Source: Veleropilina oligotropha (taxonomy: Eukaryota). Taken from it: a DNA stretch of 64,000 nt. Location: NCBI GenBank assembly GCA_048128005.1, contig JBEUKZ010000089.1:1-64000 (forward strand), read 5' to 3'. Under the pieces are notes generated by a model. The model searched no databases, had not been told where the DNA came from, and was given only the letters and a program-made list of their open reading frames with translations. The position numbers were made by a program, and so were the translations under genes. Positions 1 to 13,434 of the stretch are shown here, piece after piece (position 1 is the first letter of the stretch; each line of letters opens with the position of its first letter).

Positions 1-1916
1 TGGATACCAGATGCATATTAAATGTTTTAAGCATCACAATGACATTGAAAAATATGACCAAATTGTATCAATCGAAGTCACTAAAATCAGTATCAGAACT
101 TGTATAAATATCAGGAAGTTCTGATAATTTGTGAAAATGGTGAGAAAAATCTTCGCAGTCACTTCTGCCACATTTGCACTGTGATGCGCAAATATCACAA
201 CACAGATGCCGTACTCGGTAATTCAACTGCCTCTGCATTATATGCTGAAAGTATAAGTTCACGGCGACATCGATCCTTGTTTTCAATGTAGCGTTTCATG
301 TCATTATCTATATTTCTGCACTGCCTTCCAGAAACCATCAACATCGCCATGCCAGTATCATGAGTGTCTCGACCAGCTCGACCAAATTGCTGCACAAAGG
401 AATCCATGCATTTTGGTGGTCCAAAGTTTATCACATTATTAACTCCTGAGAAATTCACACCCATACCGGCTGCACTTGTAGCAATCAAAATTCTGATTAT
501 ACCATTTGCATTATTCATGTCAATCTTGATTTTGTCTTTCACAGAATCAATAGTTTTAGAATGATACATTTCAACATGTTTAACAAGGTCTACAAGTTCC
601 AACCTGAACATTGTAAATAACTCAGCGCAAGCCTTAATGGAAGGACAAATATAATATACCGGCTCCAAGCTCCTTGTTGTTCCTTTAACATTTTGTGTAG
701 GAAATAAAACAAATCTGTAATTGGCAAGTTGCTTTTGAAGTTTGTTGTAAAGAGCTTAATGATTTCACGGTCTGGGTTGTCAATTATTTCATGGTAATTG
801 TGCATGGCAAACTTTCTCTTTATGTCCCTCCGAGCAGACTCGTTTGCTGTTGCCGTAATCAAGAGAATTTGGCATTCAATAAGCGATCGAACTTCTCCAA
901 GTTTCCCATACCATGATCTGAGTGGATCATCACCACCGTCACTGGAATCTCCCCTGTAAAAAATTAATATGTATGCATTACAAATGAATATAAAAAACTT
1001 GGAACAATTTATTTAAATAAAGTATTTCTCTGTAAATTATGTGTACAATTTATTCCTATTTTGTGCTTGCCATTACCACTTCTATTGACAATCGGTCAAA
1101 TTGATAACAAACAAAGCTACGAACTGAGCTTTTATCAAATATCGTTTATTACAAGGCAAAAAATGTTATCAAATCAACAATAATTTGAATAAGCAACAGT
1201 ACATTATTTAATTGTCTCTGATGACTGGGAAAGCAATTCGGCACGGTCACTTTCCCATAATAACGGGAATGATGTAATAACGTTTCAATAGTGGATACAT
1301 ACCATTGTAAAACGGTGTGTGCCTCGTCGACAACAAAAAGATTGCATTTTTGGCTAGACGAAACCATATCCCTCCATTTGGTCACCGATAATATTGACTC
1401 TGGCGAAGTAAATACAAACTGGTAAACTTCTCCCATTAGCTGCTTCTCTTCGCTGCCGTCTTTACCGATATACGTTGCTCGAAACCCAAGTGCATTCAGT
1501 TATTCGCTTTGTTCTTGCATGATAGTCACGAGAGGTGACACAATTAAAACATTGCAATTTTCGCAGTTATGTTTCTGGCACCACAACGGTTGAAACGCTT
1601 GGTAACACAAGCTTTTGCCACCCCCTGTCTTTACTGATAAATAAACATCCTTTCCCAGTAACAGTGCCTCAATAGCTTCTCTTTGAAAAGGCCTCAACTC
1701 CTGTATCTGAAACTTATCGTACACGGTTTGATAAGACGCCATGATTATTTACGTCTTGACGAAACCAGTATACAAGGCCTTAAATCATTGGCTGTAATTC
1801 GCCTCACAGAATCGTGAAGCGGTCAGTGGGATTGCCTCATGAATTATTCATGAATACGAAGTATTCCGTATGAGTTGGCCCACGGTCTGTTAATGTAGGG
1901 GACCGAAATGAGACTA
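1..1916. mobile_element. Probable end of an AcademH-like DNA transposon carrying the RecQ-like gene
   Basis: Compact RecQ-like gene close to a candidate terminus ...GAAATGAGACTA (TAG on the minus strand). The other end is outside the window. Confidence 0.4.
68..1742 (-). pseudogene. Small RecQ-like SF2 helicase pseudogene, two exons
   Basis: Motifs LRPFQ, KTGGGKS, IVSPL, VVDEAH, TATA, ATSAAGMGVN, QQFGRAGR, CRR..L and a C-terminal CCDIC. GT-AG intron 954-1302 rejoins QW|GDS in frame. In-frame TAA at 1500-1502 and frameshifts near 660 and 200. Confidence 0.85.
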
Positions 1917-2452
1917 GCCGTGGGTTGCCAACGATGTGTCAGTACTAATACATTTGACGTTACTGTTGATCTTAATACTGAATAGGGTGACATAAAATAC
2001 TTCCTTGAGGGACACCCATCTCCTGGTCGTGGATATCGGAGAGGGTGTCACCCACCTTGACTTTAAATTTCTATACCATATACCATATCTGAAGACAAAC
2101 CCGAAATGATTATTACCGAGGATATATTACAGAGAAGAAAAGTCAGTATGATCGAGAACACACAAATATGACATTTACGACCAGCAAAAACTACTGAGAA
2201 ATAAAAACTGTGATCGCCAGGAAAATGCTGTGAATATATCAAAAGTTGCTGAATCTATTTAGAGCTACAAAGGCTGTATAACGTATGCTATATGCGGACG
2301 TATTAGCCCATTATGTGAAATTTGATCATGAAATGAACAGTAAACGTTGATACATTTATATAGAGATCATGAATATTTTCTGGATCATCTGAAACATTAT
2401 ATTTACATCGATTTTCATGATGTGTGTCGGATCTCCTTATTAATTAACGACA

Positions 2453-3400
2453 ATGAGTTCAAACAAAAAGAAGAATCCTAGTAGTCCGTCATCAAGTGCC
2501 AACGTAACACCTACCAACAAAGGAACAAAGAGTCGCGAAAAGAGAGAAAGAACATCACCCGGTGAATCCTCTACACCTAAGTCCATACGAGTGCCCAACC
2601 ATGACACAACTATTGAAGAAGAAACCGAGGCCGACAGCGACACCAGAATTACACCCGGTCTCCTTCAGTTAATTAACACCATCGTGGAAAAAGCTACTGC
2701 ACCTCTATTGAAAATAATTAACGCGCAAAGGGAAATCATCGAAAACATTTCAACCACACTTGATCAACTTATGATAGAAACCACCAAAGTGAAGGAAATC
2801 GATGAGTTATCAAATCGTGTTTCTGAGCTGCAAACAAAATTCGACGCGCAACATGACTGCTTACTTAATCACGAAAATCGATTGAATAAAGCAGAATTGT
2901 ATATTGACGAACTCGAACAATACAGCAGACGTGGATCTCTACGCTTTAAAAATGTCCCCCTGGATCATATCCCTCGCCGTAAAACTCGAGGCGATAGGTC
3001 AATACTGGACACAGACTCATATGTTATGAACATGGCTAATAATATTCTGAAAACTAATATAACCATGAGTGATATCGACCGATCCCATCTTACAGGCAAA
3101 CCGGACTCTCGGGGTAGAGTGACTATTCTCTGTAAGTTCACTAACTATAAGGCGAAAAGCTCCGTGTTCTACTCTAAACGGTCCCTTAAGAACTCCAGAG
3201 AAGGTATCTTCATTGTTGAAGACCTGACGAAGTATAGAGTAAGAATGATTAGTAAATTAAATGACCTGTACAGAAATAAGATTGTAGCCAACTTCTGGAC
3301 CGCTGATGGGCGGGTCTTTTACAAAAGTACTTCATCCAGTGACCCCGAAATAGCTAAAACTCTCGATCAACTAATGAACGCATTTCCACAAGACTATTAA
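2453..3400 (+). CDS. CR1-group LINE ORF1 protein (coiled coil plus RRM-like domain)
   Basis: Open 315-aa ORF with ELEQYSRR.SLRF, IDRSH, CKF and FIVEDLT motifs; homologous to the ORF starting at 34731. Confidence 0.85.
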   Translation: MSSNKKKNPSSPSSSANVTPTNKGTKSREKRERTSPGESSTPKSIRVPNHDTTIEEETEADSDTRITPGLLQLINTIVEKATAPLLKIINAQREIIENISTTLDQLMIETTKVKEIDELSNRVSELQTKFDAQHDCLLNHENRLNKAELYIDELEQYSRRGSLRFKNVPLDHIPRRKTRGDRSILDTDSYVMNMANNILKTNITMSDIDRSHLTGKPDSRGRVTILCKFTNYKAKSSVFYSKRSLKNSREGIFIVEDLTKYRVRMISKLNDLYRNKIVANFWTADGRVFYKSTSSSDPEIAKTLDQLMNAFPQDY

Positions 3401-4217
3401 ACATATCGCAAATCGCTGTCGTTATCAGATTATGCTTTAATGTCTTGCTATTTGTCTGCCACAGCCAAAATGTGTTAAAATGAATGCAATGAAACAAACG
3501 TGAAATTTTATTAGGACGGATTTCCCTTTATTCGTATTAACATTATTTATGTATCAATTTACTATATATCATCATTCAGTAACTATTCTATTATACACTC
3601 TTAATGTGACAGGTGTTATCGAAATACTTGCAATCTAACTGTTCAATAATATTGTATTTGCCATCTGTTGTCAACGGTATGTACTTTTGACATGTCTTCT
3701 ACTCTACCCTGGTCGAGTTCAACACGCGGTTTTGCAATCATGGTGATTCTAGAACATACCAAATACATACATATTTTACATTATGCATGCCATATCAAAC
3801 ACCGTGACGAAGGTAAAATGCACTTTTATAAATTGTGATTCTCATACCTAATTGTAAAATTTTGCATATTATGCTATACTTATATGAAACCATCCTTATC
3901 GATCTGTACTAATCTATTTGTTAATAACGAGTATATTCCTCCTCGATGCATCTAATGTATCATATTAAGTTGCTAATGAACCTGATATATAATATATATA
4001 AACATTACATAGCAATCTATAAATCTATTGAATTACGAAGCGCAGCGAAACATGCTGCACGAAGTATACACAATACTGCCCACACCATACCCACATAAGA
4101 AACTTATCAATTATAATTTGTTTTGTTTTTTGTCTTTTGTTTCCTTCCTTTATTAATCTTCTTCCTTATTGTCCAGTACTTTTTTGTATGTCTGGAAACA
4201 TTTATATATAACATAAT

Positions 4218-7200
4218 ATGCCTGTGGAAACCAACAATTACCAAGATAACCTAGAAGAAATTAATGATGATCCCACAAAGAACCTTAATAATATATTAAA
4301 TAGCGACATTCCCTTAAACGACTCTTGTGATTATTACGATCCAAATCAATTGAATAACTTAAACTTAACTAAGTCTTCTTTTAGTGTATTACACCTTAAC
4401 ATACATAGTATACCGAACAAAATAGATGACTTGAAACAGTTGCTAATGAAAATTAACAGAAACGGATGCACGGTAGATTTAATTTTACTATGCGAAACAT
4501 TTCTAACCGATTTCAACAAACATTTGTGCGTAATAGAAGACTATAACCTTGAAGAAAACCACCGAAAATATAAAAGTAGAGGAGGTGTTGCTATATATGT
4601 AAAAAGAGACATTAAATTTAAACCAAGGCGTCATTTGGCAATATTCTACGAGGGTGAAATTGAAACATGTTTTATCGAGATTGAAAGAAAAAACACCAAA
4701 AACATTATTGTAGGTGAGCTCTAAAGAGCACCTGGTACCAATGAAAGAAGATTTATAACAGAATATGATAACGTACTTACGAAGATAAATAGGGAAAATA
4801 AAGAGATCATTATCGGTATCGATCAAAATTTGGATTTCCTAAGAATTAACACCCATTCAAATACAGAAATGTTTTTAGAAACCACTCTTACTCATGGACT
4901 TTTACCCCTTATAACTAAGCCTACTTGAATAACACATCAAACCGCAACACTTATTGACAATATATATATCACAAACAATCTAGTAAAAAAATACAAATCG
5001 GCAATACTAACTGCCCATTTATCTGACCATTTACCATGCTTGGCTGTATTATATAATGAAAGGAAACGATGCAAAGAACCATTCTTGATTAAAACTCGAA
5101 AATTGACGGATGAAAAAATCATGTCCATAAATGACACCATAGTCTTTCAATTGGGACATACTAAAAGAGTTCAATGTTGACACTGCTTTTGATACATACA
5201 ATGAAGTTGTCTATCCGCTATTGACAACATTGCCCCCGAAAAAATGATTACTATACCACATAAGAAGATCATTCATGATCCTTTTATGACCCCCGGCTTA
5301 CTAAACAGCTCAAACAAATGTGAAAAATTGTACAGAAATGCCACTGGATGTGACAAAAATGACCCAAAATATAAAAAATACGTTAAATATAGAAACTTAT
5401 ATAACAAAATCAAGCGCATTGCAAATATAATCATTACACGGATCGAATTAACGAATTTCGAAATGATTCAAAGAATCTATGGAAAGTGGTCAACAATATA
5501 ATAGGAAAACACAGAAATAAATCAAGTGTACCCGATTATATAACAAGTGAAAACATTAAAATATACAATCCATATGACATATGTAACAAGTTTAGCGACT
5601 ACTTCTCTTCGATAGGTAGAAATCTGGCCAATAAAATTGATAATACAAACAGAACATATAGAGATTTCATGGCTGATAAAACGAATGATAGTTTGTTTCT
5701 TGCCCCTACTGATATAAATGAAGTTACAACAATTATATTAAAGTTAAAACAAAAAACTAGCAGTGGATATGATAATGTCAACAATATACTCTTAAAGAAA
5801 CTAGTCTATTCAATCAATAAACCACTTGTTCATATTTTTAATCAGTCAATAGAAAAAGGCATATTTCCAAAAAGTATGAAACTATCAGAAATCATACCTG
5901 TTTATAAAAGTAAGGGAAAAGACATTCTAAGCAACTACAGACCAATTTCATTATTACCCACTGTATCAAAGGTCTTGGAAAATATAATCTACAAACGACT
6001 ATATAACTTTCTTATAAAGAATAATACTTTATATCAAAGCCAATACGGATTTAGACAAAATCACAGCACAGTTGATGCTATCATCGAACTCATAAGCAAT
6101 ATTGTAAAGGGCTTTGAAGAAAACAAGATCACTCTTGCAGTATTCCTTGATTTATCCAAGGCCTTCGATACAATAGATCACCATATTTTACTAAACAAAC
6201 TAGATCACTACGGTGTTAGAGGACTCCCTAATAAATGGTTCCAAACTTATCTTGAAAATAGAACACAAAGAGTAAAACTACCTAATGAAATTTCAAAGGA
6301 TTATATTTATTCAAAAGTTAAGGTAAACGAATACGGAGTTCCCCAAGGTTCGGTTTTGGGACCCCTCCTATTTTTAATCTATATAAATGACTTAAATATG
6401 AGCTTAAAATATCTAAGCATAGTAAATTTCGCGGATGACACAACAGCATATATAAGTGATCGGAATATAAATACTGTTTATGAACGTCTAAAAACTGATT
6501 TGAGCATGTTAAGCACTTGGTTCAAATGTAGCAAACTGTCATTAAACATCAGTAAAACGAATTACATTTTATTTAAACACAACAATGCTGCCAATGAGAT
6601 CCCAACGACGATATCAAAATAGACGATACTATTATTACTCAAGTGAACTCAATTAAGTTTCTCGGAATTATTATAGACGAAAACATAAACTGGACCGAAC
6701 ATGCAAAATATGTTCAAAATAAAGTTCTTAGAGGTATTTACAGCCTTAGATGTTGTAAAAATATACTACCCACATGGACAAAGAGATCTTTATACTTCAG
6801 TCTAATTCATTGTCACTTCACTTACGGTTTATTTATATGGGGCCCAATGCTAAGAAAATTACATTTGAAGAAATTATTTATTTTACAGAAAAAGAGCATC
6901 CGTTTTGTTATGAACGTGAAGTATAATTCACCAAGTACCCACCCCTCTCTTCAAATCATTAAATATTTTAAAATTAGAGGACTTAATCGAATTAGAAGTT
7001 TGCAAATTGGGATTTAAATATTCACTAATGAAGTTGCCACCTGCTCTGCAACTCATATTTAAAACAAGCTCAAATCATCATTACTATAACACCAGAAACA
7101 GGAATAATCCAATAACCCAGCGACATACAACGGCTATGTATAATAATAGTTTTCTGTGCAAAATGCCCTCTTTGTGGAGTAACATATCATGTCCCTTAAA

Positions 7201-7264
7201 AAATAGTTCTTCGTTAAAAGCATTTACAAAAAATATGTTAAAACATAAAATAGACAATTACTAA
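4218..7264 (+). pseudogene. CR1-group ORF2 (APE endonuclease plus reverse transcriptase), disrupted
   Basis: LNIHS, LCETF, RGGVAIY, SDHLP, NYRPISLL, QYGFR, FLDLSKAFD, GVPQGSVLGP, FADDT; several stops and frameshifts. Confidence 0.92.
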
Positions 7265-7620
7265 ACATTAATATAACCAGCACCATAATATTTTGTGTAT
7301 GTGTAATTAATAATGTATTAGTTCTTCTGTATATATTTCTACACCAGTAAAAAATAATTAAAAATTAATCTCAAATATTACCCTCACCCCATTAGAGTTA
7401 TGTCTGTCTATCTGTATGTATGTATGTTTTATCTGTCCGTGGCAGGTCCTCTGCATGTTACAGTAATTATGTTTTTGTTTATTCTTGCATATTATGTTGG
7501 TACGTTATATTTGTGTCTTGTATATTGATGTATTATTATTAGCTAGTTTTGTATTACTTTCGAATTTATTCATGTGAAATGTTTGTTTTTTTTAATAACT
7601 GCAATATACATACAATTTAA

Positions 7621-7674
7621 AAGGGTGCCATCACCTTCACAGGAACAGTCCTCATCGACTCAGATGGCATCCTT
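7621..7674 (+). promoter_or_regulatory. 3'UTR stem-loop of CR1-group LINE (putative RT recognition element)
   Basis: AAGGGTGCCATC pairs with GATGGCATCCTT; a covarying counterpart lies at 48491-48545. Confidence 0.7.
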
Positions 7675-8414
7675 CCGTTTTTTGTTTTTACTAGCAAAAC
7701 ACTATTAAATATATACATGTATTATTTTAAAACGGAAAATAAATATCTATCTATCTATCCTCAAGGAATTTTGAAAAATAATTGGGCAAGTGGCCCTTTC
7801 AACCAGAATCAAACAAATCCTTCATAATCCTGTACTTCCAGGTAGTGTCGTAGGCCTTCTCTAGATCGAAAAACCACCCCCAGTCGGTTAGGGGTTAGAA
7901 TATGCCGACTGCTCTCCCTGCAGAGGGGTAAGATCCCCCCAAATGGGAGCCACCCGTTTGCCATGGGTGGCGACCCGTGATGTTGGAGAAGAGGATCCTG
8001 GTAGTTGAGATTCGGCCTTGGCTGAAGCAACACAATACTTTGGCCTCGGATTCAGCTAGACGGGAGGTCAGATAGGCCCTGTCTGATCAATCGGCTTGTC
8101 ACGCCGTGCCCTGGGATAATTTAAATATAACATTTAATATATTACACATTAACACCTTAATTCATTTAATAAAATAGATCATATAACATCCATTGATCAA
8201 TATCACAGAAGGTGGTGGTGGCTGAAGGGTCAATCAAGTGAGGAATGAATGGTGGGATATACACTTCCCACCACCGATATTCATTCTCTTATTTGAGTAT
8301 ATCACCCGGGTATCCCTGGCATTGGGTGCTGGAACTCCGCACCCATTAAATGCCCCCTTGTTGGGCTCCGGGGTGGGCGGGGACCTCGGGTGATGAAACA
8401 CTAAAACACACAAT

Positions 8415-9905
8415 ATGGCACACCACACTCACGCAGTTAAAAGGCGTAAACATAAAAATGAAAATTATTCTGATGACGATGACGATGCTAAGTTCATGGC
8501 CGCTTTCCGGTCTGTACCTTATGATCCTGCGATTGATGCTACATATATGCCTAATCCTCCTCCACCTGTACCGGAAAGTTGGCCACGTTTCTTGACGATC
8601 GAGTCACTAAACGACACACAAATTACATCTTTGAGTCCGTTCGCCATATCCAAGGCCATTCTTGGCCTGGCTGGCGAACCTCGTTCAGTCAAGAAACTTC
8701 GTGATGGCACCCTACTGGTCTAATGCGCCAGGAAGAGCCATGCGGAGAATCTCCTTAGAAGTTCGAAATTTGTTAACATTCCCATTGAAATTCGACCGCA
8801 TCGGTCCTTGAACACCTCCAAGGGAGTTATTAGATCTAGGGATCTGCAGGGATGCAGCGAACAGGAACTGATGGAAGGCATGAAGAGTCAGGGTGTAACT
8901 AAGGTTACACGCCTGACCATGTTTAAAGATGGAAAGAAGATCCCCATCAATACCATCATCCTGGACTTCCGCCTTCCTGTTCTACCTAGAACCGTTAAAG
9001 CAGGTTATATAATCATCCCTGTTGAGCCCTACATCCCAAACCCCTTGAGATGCTTCAAATGCCAGGCATTTGGGCATCACAAGGATCGATGCAAAAGGAA
9101 CTCCGCATGTGCTCGTTGCAGCGAGGAGGGTCATGAGAGTGACTTTTGTTCCAATCCACCTCGATGTAGCAATTGCAGGGGTAAGCATTTCGCTTACTCC
9201 AAGGACTGCCCGAAGTGGAAGCATGAGAAAGAGATCCAAATGCTCAAAACCATCGACCGGATCTCTTTCCCTGATGCTAGGAAACTGGTTGAATCCAGGA
9301 CTACTTCGGGTAGCTCCTACGCTGCAGTTGCCACACCAACGGAGCAGAGACCAGTCACTCGATCCTCCTCGACTCAAACGGATATCAGCTGGCCATTTGG
9401 CGCTGCTTTTTTCAGTACTCTACCATCTCGAAACAATTTAGCAGCATCATCATCATCAGAAACACAAACAACAAGACCTATCAAGCCTACACACAAACTT
9501 ACTCGCAACTTGACAAAAGAGACTGCTGCTGCTCCTAAAGCAGCAGCCTCTAAGAAACAAACATCAAAGCCTAACAGACAGCCCAAAGGGTCCGAGGACC
9601 CAATTAAGCTGCATAATCGCTTTGATAATCTGATGGATACCATCGAACCATCAGATGACCAAAGCGATCCTGACACCATCATCAACGACCTTGCCGCTGA
9701 CATAGTTGCTGCTGCTACTGAGAAGGGCAGGAAGACAGCAGCAGCAGCAGCCAAAGTAAAACTAAACCGACAGACTAAGGTGGTGGATGATCCACCCCTA
9801 CCACCACCGTCTGTCGAAGATCCAATGGATGACAGTAAATCATTGGATCGGCCAGCGGCAAAGCCCATACCTTCAAAAAAGCCCGTACTTCCACCAAACA
9901 AATAG
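8415..9905 (+). pseudogene. Family-A ORF1 (gag-like, three CCHC knuckles) with one in-frame stop
   Basis: CFKCQAFGHH..RC, CARCSEEGH...C and CSNCRGKH....C. TAA at 8721-8723 where other copies have GAA. Confidence 0.9.
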
Positions 9906-9956
9906 TAAATTATAGCAAAGCACGAATTACTTACATAAATACACCAACAACACAAC

Positions 9957-12900
9957 ATGACAGGTACACTAATACAATGGAATTGTAGAGGCATTAAACC
10001 GAATATTGATGAGATCAATTTACTTATACAAGACCACAAACCAATGGCATTTTGTCTCAATGAAACTTACATGAAACTCACAGACAACATACGCATTAAA
10101 GTTCATTCACTATATAATCACATTGTTACCACAGGTGACAAGGCTACAGGGGGGGTTTCAATCATCATCAACAACAAAACACCACACAGCCAGGTTAACG
10201 TAAACACCAACTTACAGGCAGTAGCGGTGAAAATATCAACTCACCGAGTGATAACCATTTGATCGGTATACTTACCACCTAGCATAAACATACATCCTAC
10301 TGACCTTGACGATCTCATCGATCAGCTACCGACCCCATTTGTACTGTGTGGCGATTTTAACGCCCATAGTACTGATTGGGGCGGTACTGACACTGATAAA
10401 CGGGGACATCAAATAGAGGACTTTATTGGGAGACACAATGTGTCTATTTAATACTACCAAATTGCCAAAATACATGCATCCACCTACAGGTTCACTTACC
10501 ACCATTGACCTTACCATGTGCGATCCAACTGCTTTCCTGGACTTTACTTGGAAAGTTGGTGAGGACCTCCGCGGAAGCGACCACTTTCCAATTTTCCTGG
10601 AAAGCACAACCAAACAAGCACAAGAACATACAGAAAGGTGGAAACTTCGCAAAGCAGATTGGGAGAAATTCCAATCACTTTGCGAAGAGCAATTACACTC
10701 GCATCAATTAACTCATGGCGAAGACCCAATATCAAGTTTCTCTACAACACTACATGACATTGCAACACTCTCAATTCCAAAAACCTGTCCAAATGCCAAG
10801 CACAAAAATAAACCTTAGACTGCAGACAAGCAATCAAAGCACGCATACATGCAATTTCAACATTTAAACAGCACTACAAAATCTTAATAGCTTTAGGCTA
10901 TTAAGAGCACAAGCCAGGCGTACCATCAAGCACAGCAAAGGGGAATCCTGGCATTCCTACGTTACCAAACTAAACTCTCGTTCCACTATTAAAAAAAGAT
11001 GGGATATGATCCGTAAAATTAGTGGCAAACATACACCAAACTGCATCAAGCACCTTAAAACAAACACATCAGAAGCAACCACAGCTAAAGACATTGCAAA
11101 CACATTGGCAGATACCTTTTCTACCAATTCATCATCCGACAACTGCACTCCAAAATTCAGCCGTTTTAAGCATCAAAAAGAAAAAACAAGGCTCAATTTT
11201 CAATCCAACAATACAGAGTCGTACAATCAGCCATTTTCACACAAGGAACTCACAGATTCACTAAACAAGGCACATGACACATCAGTTGGCCCTGATGACA
11301 TTCACTATCAATTACTTAAGCACTTACCTGGAACATCACTTACAACTCTACTTGCAATATTCAATACTATCTGGGAAACTGGAACCTTCCCTCCCTCGTG
11401 GAGGGAAGCTACAATTATCCCAATTGCAAAGGCGGGAAAAGATGCATCACATCCCAACAGTTATCGACCCATAGCCCTGACGAGTTATTTGTAAAACCAT
11501 GGAAAGGATGATAAACGAGAGATTAGTTTGGTACTTAGAATCAAATAATTTACTTACAGAATATCAATGTGGGTTCCGGCGCAACCGGAGCACCACAGAT
11601 CACTTGGTACGTCTGGAAACTTTTGTTCATGAGGCCTTCCTAAACAGACAACATTTAGTTGCTGTTTTTTTCGATCTAGAGAAGGCCTACGACACTACTT
11701 GGAAGTACGGGATTATGAACGATTTGTTTGATTTTGGTTTAAAGGGCCACTTGCCCAATTTTATTTCGAAATTCCTTGAGGATAGAAATTTTAAAGTTAA
11801 GGTGGGTGACACCCTCTCCGATATCCACGACCAGGAGATGGGTGTCCCTCAAGGAAGTATTTTATCAGTCACCCTATTCAGTATTAAAATAAACAGTATC
11901 GTCAAATGTATTAGTAGTACTGGCACTGACTGTTCATTGTTTGTTGACGATTTTGGCATTTGCTATCGTTCAACAAATATGAACAGTATAGAACGCAAGC
12001 TACAACATGGCCTAAATAAATTACAGATATGGTCCGATGAGAATGGATTCAAATTCTCCAAGGACAAAACTAAATGCATGCACTTCTGCCAGCGTCGTGA
12101 AATACATGACAACCCTGTGTTGAAGCTGGATGAGTTTGAGATTCCAGTGGTAGACGAATTAAATTTTTTAGGCCTTGTATTTGACCGAAAACTGTCTTTC
12201 ATACCGCATTTAAAATACATTAAAGCTAGATGTAAAAAAGCTTTAAATTTAATGAAAGTAGTTTCTAATACTGAATGGGGTGCTGATAACAAAGTTTTAC
12301 TTAGATTATATAGATCTTTAATTAGATCTAAACTTGATTATGGGAGCATTGTATATGGCTCTGCTCGCCATTCATACCTTAAAATGCTTGATCCAATCCA
12401 TAACCAAGGGCTTCGACTTGCACTGGGGGCTTTCCGTACATCACCCATGGAAAGCCTCTATGTCGAAGCCAACGAACCATCTCTTACACTCAGACGTGAA
12501 AAATTATCACTACAATATGCAATAAAATTAAAATCAAATCCATCTAACCCTGCTTTCGAAACTGTATTTACACCAAATTATGAACATCTATATCAGGTAA
12601 AACCAAACAAAATTGCACCATTTGGCATCCGCATTAAACCAGCACTAGGAAACGCAGGCATACATGTAGGTCAAATTAAAACAAATCACATTCCAGATAC
12701 TCCACCATGGACACTAAACGTACCGGTAATTGATCTACAACTTACATCACTAAAAAAATCAAACACAGACATCAGATTATCTCATAAAAGTGCACGATCT
12801 GAAATTAAAATATTCAGATCGTGCAAGCATATACACAGATGGTTCAAAAGATGCAGAATTAGTAGGAGCAGCCGCTGTCACTGGCAGACAATGTTTTCAA

Positions 12901-13434
12901 ACCCGTCTTCCAGGCAGCGCGACTATATATACTGCAGAACTAAAAGCAATCGAGCTTGCTCTTAATTGTATCTCTACAAGTACAAAACGGCGTTTTATTA
13001 TCTATTCAGACTCCCTCTCTAGCTTACAAGCACTGAGGGAGATGAAGAGAAATGTTATTGTTCAGGAAATTTTATTAAACTATAATAACCTTTTACCTAA
13101 TAATGACATTGTTTTATGCTGGATACCGAGCCATATCGGTATCCAAGGCAATGAGAAGGCTGACCAAGCTGCCAAGGCAGCCTCACATTTCAACAATATA
13201 CTAAATTATAAATTACCACACTCAGATTTTAAACAAAGCATAAACAAATATATAAATATTACTTGGCAGCACTCTTGGAGTGAATGCACAAGGAATAAAC
13301 TGCAGAATGTCCAACCTCTACTTGGACGCCAACGGTATTTTAGGGCCAATTCACTCCAAGAGCTATTTAATCTTAATAAGCTCGAAGCCGTATTTGAATT
13401 TTTAAAACAGGTAAATATTTTCTATAAATTATAA
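9957..13434 (+). pseudogene. Family-A ORF2 (APE, RT, RNase H), disrupted
   Basis: QWNCRG, GDFNAH, SDHFP, YRPIAL, FFDLEKAYD, GVPQGS, FVDD, YTDGS, SDSLS, WIPSH, GNEKAD. Frameshifts; C-terminal zinc-finger region deleted near 13325. Confidence 0.93.

Larger units (their letters stand above)
2075..7753 (+). mobile_element. Full-length CR1-group (Crack/L2-like) LINE, copy 1
   Basis: ORF1, APE-RT ORF2 without RNase H, 3' stem-loop, AATAAA and (TATC)n tail. Inserted at TCTAT in the host LINE. Confidence 0.9.

Noticed and set aside
7877..7948. Pistol or HDV ribozyme at the family-A 5' end
   Set aside because: The loop TTAGGG is superficially pistol-like, but the remaining core elements cannot be placed; no HDV P1/L3 pattern.
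9070..10060. Overlapping and antisense ORFs recurring in family-A copies
   Set aside because: Shadows of ORF1/ORF2 with variable ends between copies and no recognisable motifs.
11499..12965. Bacterial retron, group II intron or DGR reverse transcriptase
   Set aside because: The RT is flanked by APE and RNase H, with TSDs and a repeat tail typical of non-LTR retrotransposons.
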